From the human T2T-CHM13v2.0 reference genome, Homo sapiens, in assembly GCF_009914755.1 (NCBI RefSeq), contig NC_060929.1: a DNA stretch of 64,000 nucleotides; one strand, given 5' to 3'. Below, in pieces: positions 40,023 through 54,215 of this stretch. The stretch's first letter is position 1, and every line of letters starts with the position of its first letter. Below the pieces are notes generated by a model. It saw only the letters and a program-made list of their open reading frames with translations, was not told where the DNA came from and searched no databases. The translations under genes were made by a program, and so were the position numbers.

Positions 40023-41789
40023 TTCTGGTCCTTTTCAACAAGTATATCCTGTGAAGTTTTCATTCTAGACTCTCAACAGCAGTTCCCTTGCACAAGAGCT
40101 ACCATAAGTAATTCGTCCAGACCAGAGACAGCAAAAAAGGACACTGTCATCTGCCTCACCTATCTGGTCCCATCCTGTGCTCACAGCAGACACTGCCATT
40201 CATCCTTGGTGCTCTCACCTCACACCTTCAACCCATCTCACAGTCCTCAACTAGCAGCCCAGGCATCTTCTACCAGTGGGTCCAACTGAGCAGTGTGAGA
40301 TGAAACTAATTTACCATGTGTTTTAGCCATAGCTCCTCCCAAGGTGCTGTATTACTCACTTGGAAAACATCCAGGAGGTCAGGAGATTGAGCAAAAATAA
40401 TGCCAGAATTAAGAAAAGAGAAGACAGTTTCCTTATGTGCCTGTATGCATACATAATAAAGCATATGCCCAAATGAAAACTGAGATACTTCTTTTCCAGG
40501 CTTCTTGAAAAAGAGCAGCTTGGCTGTGCTTCATAAACCCTTAGCATAGTGAGGGTTTCTAAGTTAAAGACAGATCTGCACCACTCTTAAAAACTGAGCT
40601 AATCCTGGATGAGTTTTCGTTGGATTTAATTCATTTTAAGCACCACTATTTGAAGCTCATTGAGATAAGCACACCACGTGTGATGTAAATAAGGCTTGGA
40701 CCCTGCCTTCTAGACACAGGAATGAATAATGCTAATATGAAGTGGGCAGTGAGAAGAAACAGATCCCACACTGTGGATGCACAAAAGAGAAAGAAATCAA
40801 TTCCATTTGGGAAGGCTTCAGAAAGAAGGTGTTTGTGATCTGCGTCTTGGAGAATGAGTATTACTTTAGAGTTTGGAAAGGTAATCTTTTAGACAGCTGC
40901 AAATACTTTGCAAACAACCTGCATATGGAAGGTGCAAGGCATAAATAACCAGGATTCTTGAACACATGAGCTGTTCTTGATGGCATCTTTTGTTTTTATT
41001 CTTCTTTTTTCCAAGAAGTGCATCTGCTGCTTATCTTTTTTTGTTCGGTGACTTGTTTCTTTCTGAATTTAGACTCAGACAGTAACTCTTTGGACACTCC
41101 TCAATATCAGTCTACTTGACACTTAGGCCATGTTCTTGATATTTTGATTAGAGCTTCCTATAATAGATAGTAGGCAGAGAAGTTTTCATAGCCTTAAGAA
41201 CCACATTCCCTTCTGTTTTCACTCTTCTCACATAGGGTATTCACAGTGAGAACTGGCTGCAGATGAGTGCACTATGTTCTTTATAAAATGAAACCCTGCT
41301 GCCAGTCTGTGGCCTGACATGTGCTCTAGGCATGGACATGTGTCATCTACGGAGCCTCCTTCATGGCTGGTCACAGCTCCACCATTATGGCAGTCAGGAT
41401 GACAAACTAGGGTCTGTTTCTCTCTGTGAATTCTTAGTTATTGGACTCAAAATTACCCTGACTCCCAGAAGTAGCATGAAACTAAGTCTGTGAATAAACT
41501 GGGAAGAAGAAAGATCATATAGATCAGCTTTCTTGCCTAATCCTAAGTAGTGTTGATAATGTTGAATGCCTTCTCTCCAGGAGCCTAGCCCAGCACCACA
41601 TACCCCGAGCTACTGAAAAAGTTGCTTTTTGAGGGTGATTATGATAGACTTTTTTTGCATACATACATATGACTTTCAGTTCTTCATAAAACTGAGTTGG
41701 CCCTTCATTGAAAGAAATATGGCCAAGAAGCCACTGACTGTCAGGGGGTGCCCAAAGAAAGCAGCTGGCTGAGTTTGCTCAGAATCCAC

Positions 41790-41966
41790 TATTAGGTTGG
41801 TGCAAAAGTACGTACACACACTGCCATCCGCCTCACCTACAAAAGGTGGCACCTCCACTACTGGGGGTGTGGCCTTTGGGGAGGTTACTTCCATTTAAAG
41901 TAATGGGGAGGTTACTTCCATTTAAAGTAATGACAAAAACCACAATTACTTTTGCACCAACCAGTA
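41790..41966. mobile_element. MADE1 (Hsmar1-derived mariner MITE) with foreign insertion
   Basis: TIRs 'ttaggttggtgcaaaagta' (41792-41810) and 'caattacttttgcaccaacc' (to 41962), with TA flanks. Confidence 0.85.
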
Positions 41967-43634
41967 TATTAGACTTTGGTTTCACTCGACCCTAATCTGG
42001 TCTGAGATCACCACTTTCATCCATCCAAACAAAAAGCATTTATTAGGTGCTTCCTGTATGCCAGCTTCTCTATCAGAACCCTAAGAATACAGCCGTAAAC
42101 GAACCAGACATTCCTGCCCATGGACAATTAGAAGTCCTGACAAGGAAAATTTAAGAGGGGAACCTGAGGGTCCCGGGAAAGGATCTCTAGAGGAATTGAA
42201 ATCTGAGCTAATCTGGCACCAAATGTTTTGGGTTTGCTTATATATATGTGAACTACACTATTTTTTTTCTAAGCATGATTGTACATGGTGTTATGAAAAA
42301 AAAATCAAAACTTTGAAATAATGCAAAAGGATGAAAGCATGCCCTTTTGGCTTCATACAGAACATTGTGTAACAGGCCCACCCACTGAAAGGCTGTCTAA
42401 TTCTCTGGAGGACTGTACTCTTATTCCAATTACCCTTGACCTTTGATGAGAGTCCAGAGTCTGCGAAGTTAGAATTAACTCATAGAAGATTGAAAAGTTG
42501 AAAATTATTTTTGTCCAGTAGAAATACAAATGACTATTATCCAATAGAAAAGATAACCCTGAAAGTTAATATTTATTGCTTTGTACAACATTAACCCATT
42601 TTGTATCTGTCTTGGCATTCTTATCCCAGTAGCCTGTCTTTCATTAACTGTTACTCATGTCCTGCTTTGCCCAGCTTTATTCTCCCGCTGATTTGTTCTT
42701 TAATGAGTTAATTAAACTTTCCCAAGTTTCCACTATTGAGAACACTATATTTATGTTTATATAAGAATCACATTTTTGACTTTTTGAAAATGATACTGTG
42801 ATGGTGAAAATCATCTAGGTAGACGGAAGGGATGAATGCGGTAAAAATACAGATTCTTAGTCTCCAGTTCAAACCTACTGAATCAGCATCTCTGGGTGAT
42901 AGGGCCTGTGAATCCTGATGTTTTTAAAGCTCCCCAGGTCATTCTGATGCAGAAAGTCAATGTGACAGTGTTTGGGAACCACTGGAAGAGAAACACCAAG
43001 AATGTCCAAATGCGCAGAGAAGACCTGCTTGGCACAAACTGACATCCCATCAATAGAGACGTTCACCCCTTATCTTAGGGCTTTGAGCCCTGTAAAAATA
43101 TAATTCTTTTTTGAAGAGTAATAATTAAAGCTATTATGTCACTTATACTTTGGGCAACAAACGGAAGAACATAAGAGAATAGGATTTCTGAGGTGGGTAA
43201 AGGGCCCATGGAAAAGGTGGAGAAAGCTCAGAAGAGAGGAAAGGAAGTTCTTGAACTTCACTATTTTGCTCACAGCCCTTACAGACAGAGCATGACTACT
43301 CTTAGGAATAAATCATGTTTAATTTACATACCATCAGAGTACAAAAATATGCAAAGTTTCTTCCAATCAAAGATGTCTGGAGAGTGATATGAACAAGGCG
43401 GTGGAATAGGACTTCCCAGTATGCATTTCCTCAGAGAAACATCACTTTGGAAAACTAGCCATTAAAGAAAATACTTTTATAAGAACTAAGGAATCCATGT
43501 GAGACATTGTAACACCTGGGTGGAGTGCAGAAATACGAAATGATGCATTGAAGAGGGTAGGACAGCTCCACATGACCCACATCACCCTTCCCCAAGCCTG
43601 CAGCCTGGTGCAGAGAGAGACCCTCCACGTGGGG

Positions 43635-43808
43635 TGCTGGGATCTGAGTGTTTGTGTTCCCCCAAATTCATATATTGAAGCCTAATCACCAATTTGCTGG
43701 AATAAGAAGGTACACCCTTTGTGGAGGTGATTCGGTAATGAGGACAGAGCCCTCGTGAAGGGATTAGGCCGAAGGGAGCTCATTATCCCTTCTGCCATAT
43801 GAGGACAC
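43635..43808 (+). mobile_element. MST/MLT1A-like LTR 5' fragment nested in the L1
   Basis: 'tgagtgtttgtgttcccccaaattcatatattgaagcctaatcacc...gagccctcgtgaagggatta'. Confidence 0.75.
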
Positions 43809-46800
43809 CTTTGACTTTAAGTCAAAAACTGTCACAAGAGACGAAGAAAGTAATTATACAATAAAGGAGTCAAATCATGAAGAAAACATAACAATTGTAC
43901 ATAAATATGCACCCAACATCACAGTACCTCAGTATATGAAACAAATATCAACAGAACTGAAGGAAGAAATAGACAACAATACAATAATAGTAGGAGACTT
44001 CAATGCTCTTCCTTTAATATGGATAAATCATTGAGACAGAAAATAAATAAGGTAACATTGAAATTGAACAACATTTTAGACCAAATGGACCTAACTGATA
44101 CATACAGAACATTCCATCCAACAGCAGCAAAATATATATTCTTTCAAGTGCAAATGAGACATTCTCCAGTATAGATCATGTTAGTACACAAAACAAGTCT
44201 TAACAAATTTAAGATGACTAAAATTACAGCAGGTATCTTTTCTGACCACAGTGGTATGAAACTGGAAATTAACAACAGAAGGAAAATTAGAAAATTCACC
44301 AATATGTGGAATTTAAACAATGCACTCCTGAATTCCTGAATCCATGGATCAAGATGAAATTAAAATGGAAATCAAAACATATCTCAAGACAAATGAAAAT
44401 AGAAACAGCATACCAAAACTTATGGAACGCAGCAAAAGCAATTCTAAGAAAGAAGTTTGTAGCAATAAACGCCTCCATTAAGGAAAAGAAAAATCTCAAA
44501 CAACCTAGCTATATACCTTAAGAAATCAGAAAAAAAGGAACAAATTAAGTTCGAAGTTAACAGAAGGCAAGAAATAATAAAGATCAGAGCAGAGATAAAT
44601 GAAATAGAAACTAGAAAATTAATAGAAGATAAATAAAATTGACAAACCTTTAGCTAGACTAAGAAAAAAAGAGAAGACTTAAATAATAAAATCAGAAATG
44701 AAAGAGGAGCCATTTCAGTTGATACCACATAAAACAAAGGGTCATAACAGACTACTATAAACAATTACACTCCAATAAATTAGAAAACCTAAAAGAAATG
44801 GATAAATTCCTAGAAACCTACAACCTGCCAAGTCTGAATCATGAAGAAACAGAAAATCTGAACAGACCAGTAGTGAATAAGGGATTGAATCAGAAATCAA
44901 AAACCTCCCAACAAAGAAAAACCTAGGACCTCTTGGCTTCAGTGCTGAATTCTTCCAAACATTTAAAGAGAAATTAACACCAATCCTTCCCAAACTCTTC
45001 GAAAATATTGAAGAGGTAGAATGACTTCCAAACTCATCGTATGTGGCTACTATTACCCTGATACCAAAGCCAGACAAGGACACTAGAAGAAAAGAAAATG
45101 ACAGGCCAATATCTCTGATGAACCAAGATGCAAAAAAATCCTTAACAAAATATTAGCAAACGAAATTCACTGGCACATTTAAAAAAATCATGCAACATAA
45201 TCAAGTAGGATTTATCCCTGAGATGCAAGAATAATTCTACACACAAAAATTTTTAAAAATATGATACACCACACTAACAGAATGAAGGACAAAAATCATA
45301 TGATCAGCTCAATAGATGCAGAAAGAGCATTTGAAAATATTCAACATCCTTTCATGACAAAAACTCTCAATAAATTGGGTATAGAAAGAATGTATCTCAA
45401 CATAATAAAGGCCATATATGACAGGCCCTCAGCTAACAGACTAAATGGTAAAAAGCTGAAAGCTTTTACTTTAAGATCAAAAACAAGACAAAGATACCTA
45501 CTGTCACCATTTCTATTAAATATGGTGCTGGAAGTCATAGCCAGAGCAGTTAGGCAAGAAAAAGAAATAAGAGACATCCAAATTGTAAAGGAAGCAGTAA
45601 AATTTTCTGTTTGCAGATGACATGGTCTTCTATATAGAAAATCCTAAAGACTCCACCAAAAAAAAAGTTACAACTAGTAAATTAATTCAGTAAGGTTGCA
45701 AATACAAAATTAACAAATAAAAATTAGTAAGATTTTTTTATATAGTAACAAAGAGCTATCCCAAAAGAAATTTTTAAAAAATCACATTTATAATAGGAGA
45801 AACAAAAATAAAATAATTAGAAATAAATTTAATCAGAGGTAAAAGATATGTACATTGAAAACTGTAAATCACTGATGAAAGAAATTGAAAAAGACATAAA
45901 TAAATGGAAAGATATCTCATGTTCATCAGTCAGAATAACTGATATATGAAAAATATCAGTACTACCCAAAGCAATCTACAGATTCTATGTAATCCGTATC
46001 AAAATTCCAATGGCATTTTTCACATATATGGAAAAAATTCTGAAATTCATATAGAACCTCAGAAGACCCCCTCATAGTCAAAGCTATTTTGAGCAAAAAG
46101 TTGAAGCTGGAAGCAAAACATTACCTGATTTCAAAATATACTACAAAGCTATAATAATCAAAACAGCAGAGTACTGGCATTAAAAAAGGACACAAGGACT
46201 AATGAAACAAATAGAGAGCTCAGCAGTAAACCCACACATTTATGGTCCATTGATCTTCAACAAAGATGCCAAGAATGCATACAACAGGGTAAAGACAGTC
46301 TCTTCAATAAATGGTGTTGGGAAGACTGGATATGCACATTCAGATGAATAAAACTGAAGCCTTATCTCATACCATATACAAAAATTAACTCGAAATGGAT
46401 TAAAGACTTAAAACCTAAAACTAAAACTACCAGAAGACAACTTAGGGAGAAAACTTATTGACATTGGTCTTGGCAAGGATCATTTTCTTAAAATATGAAC
46501 TCAAAAGCACAAGCAACAAAGGTGAAAATAGAGAAATTGGATTGCATCAAGCTGAAAAGCTTCTGCACAGCAAAGAAAAAAAATCAACAGAGTAAACAGA
46601 CAACGTAGGAAATGGGAGAAAATATTTGCAAATCAGATATCCGATAAGGGGTAAATATCCAAAATACATAAGAAATTTAAACTCAATAACAAGAAAATGA
46701 ATAACTCAATTAAAAATGGGCAAAGAACCTAAATATATATTACTCAAAGAAAACATACAAGCAACCAAGAGATATAACAGCACTAACCATCAGGAAAATG

Positions 46801-47050
46801 CAAATCAAAACCACAATGAGATACCATCTCATACCTGTTAGAATGGCTATTATCAAAAAGACAAAGGATAACAGATTTGGGAAGGCAGCGTGTGGAGAAA
46901 ATGAAACCCTTGCACGCTGTTAGTGGGGATGTAAATTAGAACAGCCATTATAGAAAACATTATGAAGGTTCCTTAAAAAATTAAAAATAGAAGTACCATA
47001 TGATCCATCAATCTCACTTCTGGGTATATATCCAAAGGAACTGAAATTAG

Positions 47051-47431
<381 letters not shown>

Positions 47432-49024
47432 TAAGTGCCCATCAACAGATAAATGGATAAAGAAAATGTAGTGTATATGTACAGCAGAATATTATTTGGC
47501 CTTTAAAAGGAAGGAAATCCTGTCATTTGCAACAACATGGATGAACCTGAAGGACATTATACTAAGTGAAATAAGCCTGGCACAGAAAGATAAATACTAC
47601 ATGATCTCACTTATATGTGGAATCTAAAACAGTTGAACTTATAGGAGAGAGCAGGATGGTTGTCACCAAAGGCTGGAGGATGAGGGCCATGAAGAGATGT
47701 TGGTCAAAGGGTATGAAGTTTCAGTTAAGCAAGAAGGATAAGTTCTGGAGAGCTAATGTGACTATAGTTAATAATAACTATAACAGTGACTATAGTTAAT
47801 AATATTGTATTGTGCATTTGAAATTTGCTACGAGAGTAGATCTTACATGTTTTTACTACAAAAAATGATAACTGTGAGATGATGGATATGTGAATTAGCT
47901 TAAATATGGTAATCATTTCACAATGGATACAAAAACATGTTGCATACTGTAAATATATACAATGTTTATTTGTCAAAAAACTTCAATAAAGCTGTAGGAG
48001 GGGAAACCAACCAAGAAGTCTGTTAAGATAAAGATAGAAAATTAATCCATGAAGAGGAGTAAAAATTTACCTTAACAATTAAGCATTATTTCTATTCAGA
48101 ATTAAGTTTGCCTTGAGATTTCTGTCAGTCAAGGTTAAAAAGGAGATCAGATGAGTTATACAATTCTTATTCTCTGAAAAGAAGAAATGCACCAAATTTT
48201 CAGTCATGAAAGACTTTTTTTTTGACACTAGAATTCTGATCTCATCATACAAGGTATGAGATACTTTACAGATAAGGGATTCAATGATATTTTTACAAAG
48301 AAACATGTGCATGATCTTCATATGGCTGCTTTCTTTCTGCCACCTCTCAATAAAAACCAGTGGTGCCTCCTTAAGGCGAGGTGGTTACAGAGATTGGAAG
48401 CACTGAAGGGAAATAAGCTAAGGTGGTTCAGGTAGATTGACGCAAAAAGAAATGGAGTTGGGCATTCCCTGTGTAAAAGAGCTTTTACAAAAGAGTCTAA
48501 ACTTTTGTTTATGCCACCAAGTACTGATTCTTGTCCCTTATCAGGCTAATATTATATTCAAATTGTTTTCTAAATCGTATTGCTTTAAGACAAGAGCAGC
48601 CAACCTCATCCCACTGGGTCAAGCACCCCTTGCTTCCCAGCTGACTCCTTTCCTTTTATAGCTCTCTCGTAAGAAGAGTCTAATAAATGTGAGATTGGTC
48701 TTTCCCCTTCTCACTACAAGCAACATTTCAGAAAGCTCCTGATGGTCATGCAGCAGGAGTGGTCTCATCAGGGAATCTCAGTGGTGGGATGGCATAAGTT
48801 TCCAGGCAAAAACTGACAAATACGTTCCCTTTTCTTTTTCTTTCTTTACTTTCATGAAGAATACTGTCATAATAGATATGCAAAACTGGTTGAAACAACG
48901 CATTAGGAATAATAAGTGTTTTCTGGGATTAAGTGAATAGCACAGCTATTATAGCTGAGTTCTTGGGGGACATTTATTCTTTCAGACTTTATGCTGTAAG
49001 GTAAGAAAATAGACAGCTCCAATT

Positions 49025-49152
49025 CATACATACATAGATATAGATAGATATAGATACAGATATACACACACATGCAAATGTCTGTGCATGTGTATAATAC
49101 AGATATGTGCATGTGTGTGTGTGTATATATATATATGTATATATACACGCAT
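49025..49152 (+). repeat. Mixed TA/CA/TG simple repeat
   Basis: Read directly. Confidence 0.8.
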
Positions 49153-49553
49153 ATCTTAATGGGTCTTAAAATTATTGAACTAAGAGAAATACCAAGAAGT
49201 CATCTAACTTAGTCCTTCTCACACATTAAAGTACATGAGAATCACACAGGGATCTTACTAAATGCCTGTTCTGATTCAGAATATGTGGATGTGGGCTGGA
49301 AGTCTGCATTTCTCACAAGCTCCTTGAGGATGGCCATGTGACCAGACCAGGGACCACACTAAGTGACATGACTCACATTGACCAGGCCAATCTGTCAGTG
49401 AAAACAAAGAAGCAAACAAAACAGCTGCAGCAGCTGCATATCAGAGAATGGAATCTGCTGAGACACTGGGAGACACTGACTATAATTGAAAGGTCAACCA
49501 GTAAATTTATCCTGCCTGCCCTTGCATTCTTTCTTATCAACCTGTAAACTCTT

Positions 49554-49829
49554 TTTTTTTTATTTTATTATTATTATACTTTAAGTTTTAGGGTACATGT
49601 GCACAATGTGCAGGTTAGTTACATATGTATACATGTGCCATGCTGGTGTGCTGCACCCACTAACTCGTCATTTAGCATTAGGTATATCTCCTAATGCTAT
49701 CCCTCCCCCCCGACCCCACAACAGTCCCCAGAGTGTGATGTTCCCCTTCCTGTGTCCATGTGTTCTCATTGTTCAATTCCCACCTATGAGTGAGAACATG
49801 CGGTGTTTTGTTTTTTGTTCTTGCGATAG
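49554..49829 (-). mobile_element. Young, severely 5'-truncated L1PA2/3-like 3'UTR with an 11-bp TSD
   Basis: 'ttattatactttaagttttagggtacatgtgcacaatgtgcagg'. The diagnostic 3'UTR site reads GAG, not the L1HS-Ta ACA. TSD tgtaaactctt at 49543-49553 and 49830-49840. Confidence 0.93.
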
Positions 49830-49989
49830 TGTAAACTCTTATTTATCCATTAAAGCTCAGCTGAATTATGGCTTCCTGTATCTATACCTTAACCTCATCT
49901 TGAATTGTCTCTGCTTGAGTACACAGCAATAAATAAAGATCTGAAATGACAAATATAACAATTTTCTATTTTCTTCTCTTATTTTTTTA

Positions 49990-52900
49990 AAAAGCCATAA
50001 GTATATATAAAGCAATAATGCCAACAGTGTATTAATGGATTTAGAGTTTATATAGATGTAATATATAGGAAATAATAGCACACAGGTGAGGGAGTAAATG
50101 GAGCGACATTAAAGCAAAGTTATTATATACTACCGAACAACCAAAAAGAAAATAGTTTAAAAATATGGTTAAAAATCAACAGAAAAAATTAAATGGCACA
50201 TTAAAAAATATTTGGTTAGCACAAAGCAAGGCAGTAAAAGAGAAACAGAAGAAGAAAAAGACATGAGACATGAAGAAATAAACAGATGTAAATCCAACCA
50301 ACATCAATAATGACATTAAATGTGAATAGAATAAACACTCAATTCAAAAAACAGAGATTGTCATATAAAATAAAAAAGTAAGACCCAACCAAAATCTGTC
50401 TACAAGAAACACACATTATATTCAAAGACATGGAATAGTTGAAAGTGAAAGAATTGAATAAATGATAAATCATGGAGACCATAATCATAAAAGAGCTAGG
50501 TTGACTACATTAATAACAAAAAATATTTTAAGGTAAGAAATATCAGAGAAAAATTGAGACATTTCATAATAATAAAGATATAAATATATCGAGAAGATAT
50601 AGTAACTATAAATGTATATGTACTTAATAACAGAACCATAAAATACATAAAGTAAAAGACTGGCAAAATTGAGGATAAAAATTATGCAAAATTATTGCTT
50701 CATATCTCAATATCTCTCTTTTAGTACTTCATAGAAAAACTTGACAAAAATCAAGAAGGATTTAGAAGACTTGAACAATGCTATCAACTTGACCTTACTG
50801 ACACAGAACATTTCCCTCATAAAAGCAGAACACACATTATCTTAAGCGCATGCCAACTATTCTCCAGGGTAGACCATATGCTAGGCTATAAAATAATTAT
50901 CAAGAAATGTAAAAGAGTTAAAATCATGCCAAGTAAGTTCTCTGAACACCAGAATATTAAATTAGAAATCACCAACTGAAAGAAATTTGAGAAATTAAAC
51001 AATAAACTTCTAAATAACTAATGAGTTAAGAAAGAAACCAAAAGAGCAACTACAAAAAATACTGAATTACATAAAGATGGAAACAAAACATGTGAATTTA
51101 TGGGTTACAATGAAAATAGTATTTAGAGGGAAGGTTTCTAGCTTTAAATATTTGAATTAGAAAAGAAGAAAGCTATAAATGCATTTATATAAAAACATTA
51201 AAAAGGGACCAAATAAAATCTAAAGTAAGGAAAAAATAAAGCTCAAATTAAAAATTAATTAAGTACAAAAAAGAAAATCAATAGAAAAAAGTCAACAAAA
51301 AACCAAAGGCAGGTTCTTTGACAAAATCAGCAAAATCAATTAGCTAGAATAACTGAGCAAAAAGAAAAATAAAATCCAATTACTAAAAACAGAAATAAAA
51401 GAGAAAACATCACTATCTGCCCCGCAGAAATTAAAAGAATTATAAGGGGATATTAGCTGTAATTCTGTGCCAACAAATTAGACAAATTATATGAAATAGA
51501 AAATTCCTAGCAAGACACAAATTACTAAAATGACTCAAGAAGACAAACTATAACAGGTTAAAAAACCAAATCAGTAATTAAAAAATCTTACCATGAAGAA
51601 AAACCCAGGTTCAGTGGCTTCAATGATCAATTTTATCCAATATTTAAGGAAAAAATAATATCAGTCCTACACAAACTCTTCCCAAAATAAATTTTCACAT
51701 AAAATTTTCCAACTTTTTCTGGAGGCAGTACTGCCCAGACATCAAAGCTAACAAAGACACTAAGAAGATACCACAAAAAACCTGGCTAATATCCCTCATG
51801 AATAAGGATATAAAAATTTCAACAAAATAATAACAAACCAAATTTAGCAATATATGAAAAAGAGTATGTATGATGGCCAAGTGAGATTTACCCATGATTG
51901 CAAAGTTCATTTAAAATTTTTAAATCAATTATTTTAAAACACCAAATTAATAAAATAAAGAACAAAAACCATATGACCCTCTCAATAGATGTAGAAAAGT
52001 CCTTGACAAAAATCACTACCTATACATAACAGAAACTTCAGGAAACTAGAAATATGAGGGAGAATTTTCAACCTTATAAAAGATATGTTTAAAAAGTGTC
52101 TACAGCTAACCTCATAGTTAATGATAAAAGACAGAATGCTTTACCCTAGGATTAAGAACAAGGCAAATATGTCCCCTCTCACTACTTTCATTCAACATTG
52201 TACTGATGGTGAGCCAACGTGATAAGACAAGCAAAAGAAATTAAAGGCATGCAAATTGGAAACAAAGTAAGACTCTTTTATAGACAATATAATTATTTAT
52301 TTAGAAAATCCTAAGGAAACTTCAAAAAACTTACTAGACATAACAAGCAAATTTAGCAAGGTTACAGGATACCAGGTCAGTATAAAAAAAATAGGTGTAT
52401 TCTGTACCAGAAATAAACAATCCAAAAATGAAACTAAGAAAGCAGTTTCATTTCCAAGATAATCAGAAAGAACAAAATAATTACAAATTAACGTTTAAGT
52501 CAATGTGCAATATCTATATCCTGAAATGTACAAAACATTACCGAGATCAACTAAAGAATTTCTAAATAGTTAGAGAGCCATACCATGTTCAAGGATTAAA
52601 GACTCAAGTCTGGGAAATTCTCAAATTGATCTATATATTCTATACACTGAAATTCCAAGTGGCTATTTTGGTAGAAATTAATAAGCTGATTCTAACATTT
52701 ATATTGAAATAAAAGACTTAGAATATTCAAAATAAATGTTATAAAGAAAAACAAAAGTTGCTGGACTTTCAGTACCTAATTTCAAAACTTATTGTAAAGT
52801 TACAGTAATTAATAGTGTGGTATTGGCATAAGAAAAGATGTGCAGATCGATGGAAGAAAATAGTGAGCAGTTAACCCTTGCTCATAGGTTAATTAATTTT

Positions 52901-54215
52901 GAACAAAGTTGGCCCAGGCAATTTAATGATGGAAGGGCAGGAAAAGTGGGAAAGGATATGAGGCTTTTCACTGGATATCCACATGAAAAAGAATGATGAT
53001 GGACACCTTTCTCATACCACTCCCAAAAATTCACTCAAAATGGATCATAGACATAAATATAAGGGCTGAAACTATTAGAACTATGGGAGAAACTATAGGA
53101 GAAACTCACTCTACCTTGGATAAGGCCAAAATTTCTTAGATATGATACCAAAAGCACAGCTTGTAAAAAAAAAATGATAAATTGAACTTCAACAAAATCG
53201 CAAACTTTGCTCTCAAAATATGTCTTAATTGAAATGAAAAGATATAATGCAGACAGGGAAAAATATTTGCAAACCATGTATCTGACAAAAGACTTGCATT
53301 CAGAGTGTGTGTACCTGTGTGTGTGTACGTGTGTGTTTGTGTGTGTGCATGTATGCTCAAACTCAAGACAAACTACGAAATGCGCAAAAGATTTGAATAG
53401 GCACTTCAGCAAAGAAATATTGAAAAGATATGCAACATCATTAATTATCAGGGAAATGCAACTTAAAATCATGATTATATACTACTACAAACCCATTTAA
53501 ATAGCTATAATCTAAAAGATTAGCAATGCCAAATGTTGGCTAACATATGGAAAAACTGAAACCCTTGTATGTTGCTGTTGAAAATGTAAAATGGTACAAT
53601 TATTTTGGAAACCAGTTGGGCAGCTTCTCAAAAGACTAACATAGACATTTCATATAAGCAAACAATTCCAATCCTAAATATTTACTTAAGAGAAATGAAG
53701 CGTGTATTCACACAAAGATTTGTGTGCAAATATTCATAGCAGCATTATTTATAATAGCCCCACATTAGAAACAATCCAAACATCCCTCAGCTCATGAATG
53801 GATAAACAAAATCTGATACAGCAATACAATGGAATACTATTCATCAATGAAAAGGAACAAACTGTTGATAAATGCAACATAAATGAACCTCAAAATATTA
53901 TGCAAAGTGAAAGAAACCAGATACAAAAGACTACATCTTGTATGATTCCACTATATGACATTTCTTTAAAATGCATCTAATGAAAGACAAACAAGACAAC
54001 AATATTTGCTTGTGGCTGGGATAGGAATGTAGATTGCCAACAGGCATGAGTGAACTTTTGGGGGTCATGGAAATATTTTAAAAGTGTATTGTGATGATTC
54101 CACAACTGCCTAAATTTACTAAAAATCATTGAACTGTGCACTACAGTAAATGAATTTTATGGTGTGTAAATGATACCTCAATAAGGCTGTTAAAAACATT
54201 TTATAAGAAAATAAA
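49990..54215 (+). mobile_element. Ancient L1M (L1MD/ME-like) decayed ORF2 and 3'UTR, with an internal (TG)n at ~53305-53350
   Basis: EN, RT and C-terminal L1 motifs with many frameshifts. Ends 'cattgaactgtgcact...gatacctcaataaggctgttaaaaa'. Confidence 0.88.

Noticed and set aside
44296-45620. Reverse-transcriptase and endonuclease-like ORFs
   Set aside because: Frameshifted remnants of L1 ORF2, not an intact or novel retroelement.
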